Made by a program: the position numbers and the translations under genes. Positions 33,773 to 36,151 of a stretch of DNA of 36,151 bases are shown here, in pieces. Position 1 is the first letter of the stretch. Each line of letters begins with the position of its first letter. Under the pieces are notes generated by a model that was not told where the DNA came from, ran no database searches, and worked only from the letters and a program-made list of their open reading frames with translations. The stretch comes from Vicinamibacteria bacterium (GTDB taxonomy: Bacteria > Acidobacteriota > Vicinamibacteria > Fen-336 > JAGNNV01): contig DAORUA010000002.1 of NCBI GenBank assembly GCA_035432945.1, positions 1-36,151 on the forward strand, in the 5' to 3' direction.

Positions 33773-36085
33773 TTGAGCCCCGGCACACGCGGAACCCGCC
33801 TGCGCCTTCTGGCCTGTGGGTTGAGCCTTCTGGCGCTCGTCGCCTGGGGCGAGCGCCTGGCCCGGACCGGGCTCACCCTCCAGGTGCGCGAAGGGGACTC
33901 CGGCGTGGTCGCCTCCCATGCCCATGCGGTCCTCGACCCGTTCCGGATCAACGCGCTCCTGGCCCGGGAGCCGCGCGCCCTGCGCGCGGAGTGGACCGGC
34001 TACTGGGACGTCCCCGCGCCCGGTTTCGATGAGATCGTCCTGAAGAGCGATGGCGTCGCCTCCGCGCGCCTGGGAGATGCGGAGATCGTCGAAGGCGGCT
34101 CGCACCGCGTTTCCACCCGGGTGACGCCGGGTCCCAGGCGGCTCTCCGTGACCTACGAGCCCGCCCTTGCCGGGCCTTCCGAAAGCCCCCGCCGTGAGAT
34201 CTTCCTGAAGGGGATCACGTCCGAAGGCAGGTCGGTGACCCCCGCACGTTCGCGCCTGTTCGCGGGGTCGCCGTCCGCGCGGGACGTCATCATGCGCTGG
34301 CTGAGCGTGGTCTTTCCCGCGGGTGCCGCGTTTGCCTGGGCCTGGATCTTCATTCTCGGGGTTCGGGACGGCGGCCTCGGGACCACGGTGAAGCGATGGG
34401 CCCCGATCCTGCCCACGGGAATCCTGATTCTCGCGGCGGCCCTGCGCTTCGAGGCGGTGGTCGTGACCTACTGGGGGATCGACGCGCCGGATTGGGCGGA
34501 GGGGCTCGCGACCGGGATCAAGGATCTGCGCCCCGGAGGCTTTGAGCACGCGCCCACCGCGCATCCCTACGAGGGCGACCCGTTCAGTTACCTGATGATC
34601 GCGAGGTCGATGGGCGCCTTCTACGAGCCGGCGGTCCGTGAACCCCTGTATCCCGCCCTGACCCGGGTGGGCCTCACCCTCGCGGGGGGGAGCGACATCG
34701 GCATCAACTTCGTATCCGCGGTTTCGTCGGCCCTGGTCTCTCTCGCGATCTTCGCGGTCGGCTCGCGCGTTCTCTCCCCCGGGGTGGGCGTGCTCGCTGC
34801 GTTCCTGTGGGCCATCGAGTGGCGGACCATTCAACTCTCCACCGAGGGCTGGCGCGACGACCTGTTCACGCTCCTGGTCGCGGTTTGCGTGTTCGGGATG
34901 CTGGCTCTTCGGGCGAGTCCGGGACGCCGGTCCGCCACCGTCCTCGGAATCGCGGGCGGCCTGGCCCTTCTCACCCGGCTGACCTCGTTCTCCTTCCTGA
35001 TCCCGGGGCTCCTCGCCGCCGTTCTCCTGCCCGCCCCGGCTTCGCGCGGCGATCGCGCCCGCGCCGCGGGCATGTCAGGCCTGTGGATGCTCCTCCTCGC
35101 CGGACCTTTCATGGCTGCCTGCGCCATCGGGTACGGCGACCCGTTCCACGCGATCAACGTTCACGCCGCGTTCTATTCGCGCCGCGCGGGGCACGAGGGC
35201 GTCGCGAACGTGTCGCAGCTTTTCTCGACCCTGCTGTCGCCGTGGGAATTCCTGGAGACCGGCCTTGCCGGCCTGACCACCTACCCCTTCTCCAACAAGT
35301 GGTTCGGGCTGGGCGCGATCTTCCCGGGCCTCGACAGCGTGGCGAAGGTCCTTGCCCTCGCCGGCCTTCCCGTTCTCCTGTGGCGCGTGGAAGGCGTGAT
35401 CGCCATTCTCGTCTTCCTGTGCTCGATCGTGCCCTATGCATGGACCTGGAACATCCCCGGGGGCGGCGAATGGCGATTCACTCTGCCCGTCTATCCCCTC
35501 TTCGTGATCTCGGCCGCGGTCGCCCTGGAAACCGCCCTACGGTTGCTGCCCGGCATGTTCGGATCCGGGTCCCGGCGCGCGTCCCTTCTCTTGCTCGCCC
35601 GATACGCCGCCACCGCCGCCCTGCTCGCCGCCGTGAGCGTGTGGACCTTCCGGTGGCTCGACTGGCTCCGGGTGGGTGAGGCCGTGGCCCAACGCAGGCC
35701 CGCGCTCATCGAGCCCGGCTCGCCGGCACGGTTCTTCTTCGCTTCGGGATGGGCGTGGGACCGTCCGGCCGGGCGAGCCGCGACCGTCTCGATGGTCGGG
35801 ATGGAGGCGCGTCTGCGCCTTCCCCTGCCGCCGAACGTCGGCGTGCGCGTGGTCCTGAGGGTCGGTGATGCTTCGGGCGCCGCGCGAGATGTGCGGATCC
35901 TGTTCGGGGACGTGCCCGTGGGGTCCATTTCGGACTCGCGTGAGGGAGGCGAGGTCGCGACCGTGGACCTCGACGCCCGTTCCCCCCGGACGGGAGGCGT
36001 CGTCGAACTGCGGTTCATCGCCTCGGGCCCCGTGAACGACCACCCATCCTTGAGCCTGCTCTGGGTGCGGCTCGAGCCGCTCTGA
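33773..36085 (+). CDS. Membrane GT-C glycosyltransferase (PMT_2/ArnT-like, family 39-like) with an N-terminal PA14-like extracytoplasmic domain
   Basis: TTG start 9 nt after the kinase stop. N-terminal TM, then LTLQV...EWTGYWDVPAPGFDEIVLKSDGVASARLGD (PA14-like pattern). At least 10 hydrophobic segments with a GDPFSYL...REPLYPAL loop. A soluble tail of about 110 aa follows. Confidence 0.65.
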   Translation: MSPGTRGTRLRLLACGLSLLALVAWGERLARTGLTLQVREGDSGVVASHAHAVLDPFRINALLAREPRALRAEWTGYWDVPAPGFDEIVLKSDGVASARLGDAEIVEGGSHRVSTRVTPGPRRLSVTYEPALAGPSESPRREIFLKGITSEGRSVTPARSRLFAGSPSARDVIMRWLSVVFPAGAAFAWAWIFILGVRDGGLGTTVKRWAPILPTGILILAAALRFEAVVVTYWGIDAPDWAEGLATGIKDLRPGGFEHAPTAHPYEGDPFSYLMIARSMGAFYEPAVREPLYPALTRVGLTLAGGSDIGINFVSAVSSALVSLAIFAVGSRVLSPGVGVLAAFLWAIEWRTIQLSTEGWRDDLFTLLVAVCVFGMLALRASPGRRSATVLGIAGGLALLTRLTSFSFLIPGLLAAVLLPAPASRGDRARAAGMSGLWMLLLAGPFMAACAIGYGDPFHAINVHAAFYSRRAGHEGVANVSQLFSTLLSPWEFLETGLAGLTTYPFSNKWFGLGAIFPGLDSVAKVLALAGLPVLLWRVEGVIAILVFLCSIVPYAWTWNIPGGGEWRFTLPVYPLFVISAAVALETALRLLPGMFGSGSRRASLLLLARYAATAALLAAVSVWTFRWLDWLRVGEAVAQRRPALIEPGSPARFFFASGWAWDRPAGRAATVSMVGMEARLRLPLPPNVGVRVVLRVGDASGAARDVRILFGDVPVGSISDSREGGEVATVDLDARSPRTGGVVELRFIASGPVNDHPSLSLLWVRLEPL

Positions 36086-36133
36086 GTCATCCCGGGCTAG
36101 CAGGGTGCTGAAGAAGCCCTTCTACGGCCGTCA

Positions 36134-36151
36134 TCCCGGCGAAAGCCGGGA
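36134..36151. repeat. REP-like hairpin TCCCGGC-GAAA-GCCGGGA (GTCATCCCGGCGAAAGCCGGGA type), truncated by the window end
   Basis: 7-bp perfect stem with a GNRA-type GAAA loop. The leader GTCATCCCGG also occurs at 36085-36094, immediately after the glycosyltransferase stop. Confidence 0.4.

Overview
This is a high-GC (about 68-70% by hand counts) bacterial chromosomal window that is almost fully coding. I call 23 CDSs and see no rRNA, tRNA, CRISPR array, transposase, integrase or phage genes. No recognisable transcription factor gene is present either. The source is probably an Acidobacteriota-like organism. That is an inference from two ~1100-aa TonB-dependent receptors with N-terminal carboxypeptidase-regulatory-like domains, the GC content and the many secreted glycan-related proteins.

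Gene content, left to right:
- (-) A secreted hypothetical protein with a Gly/Met/Pro-rich stretch.
- (+) A five-gene operon joined by start/stop overlaps: GH63-like six-hairpin glycosidase, secreted PHP-domain metallohydrolase, a solute-binding protein fused in-frame to an ABC permease, a second permease, and a MngB-like GH38 hydrolase.
- (+) A lower-GC alpha/beta hydrolase.
- (-) An unknown secreted protein followed by the aquaglyceroporin glpF.
- (+) A MalK-like ABC ATPase, TonB-dependent receptor 1, an alkaline-phosphatase-family protein and transaldolase.
- (-) TonB-dependent receptor 2 followed by a large PIG-L deacetylase.
- (+) A solitary GspE/PilB-type ATPase and a CoA-binding protein.
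- (-) The housekeeping gap-pgk-tpiA-secG operon.
- (+) A PfkB sugar kinase and a GT-C (PMT_2/ArnT-like) membrane glycosyltransferase.

The signals most worth a second look:
- An identical 12-bp perfect palindrome (TGGAACGTTCCA) lies in the upstream regions of both receptor paralogues.
- The solute-binding domain and permease are fused in-frame through an extra transmembrane helix.
- The sugar-uptake operon pairs two glycosidase families that both contain glycosyl-glycerate hydrolases.
- An unknown secreted protein is coupled to glpF.
- An inverted pair of REP-like hairpin units shows compensatory base changes.

I see no defence system, toxin-antitoxin pair or mobile element. All family assignments come from motif recognition by eye and need HMM or BLAST confirmation.
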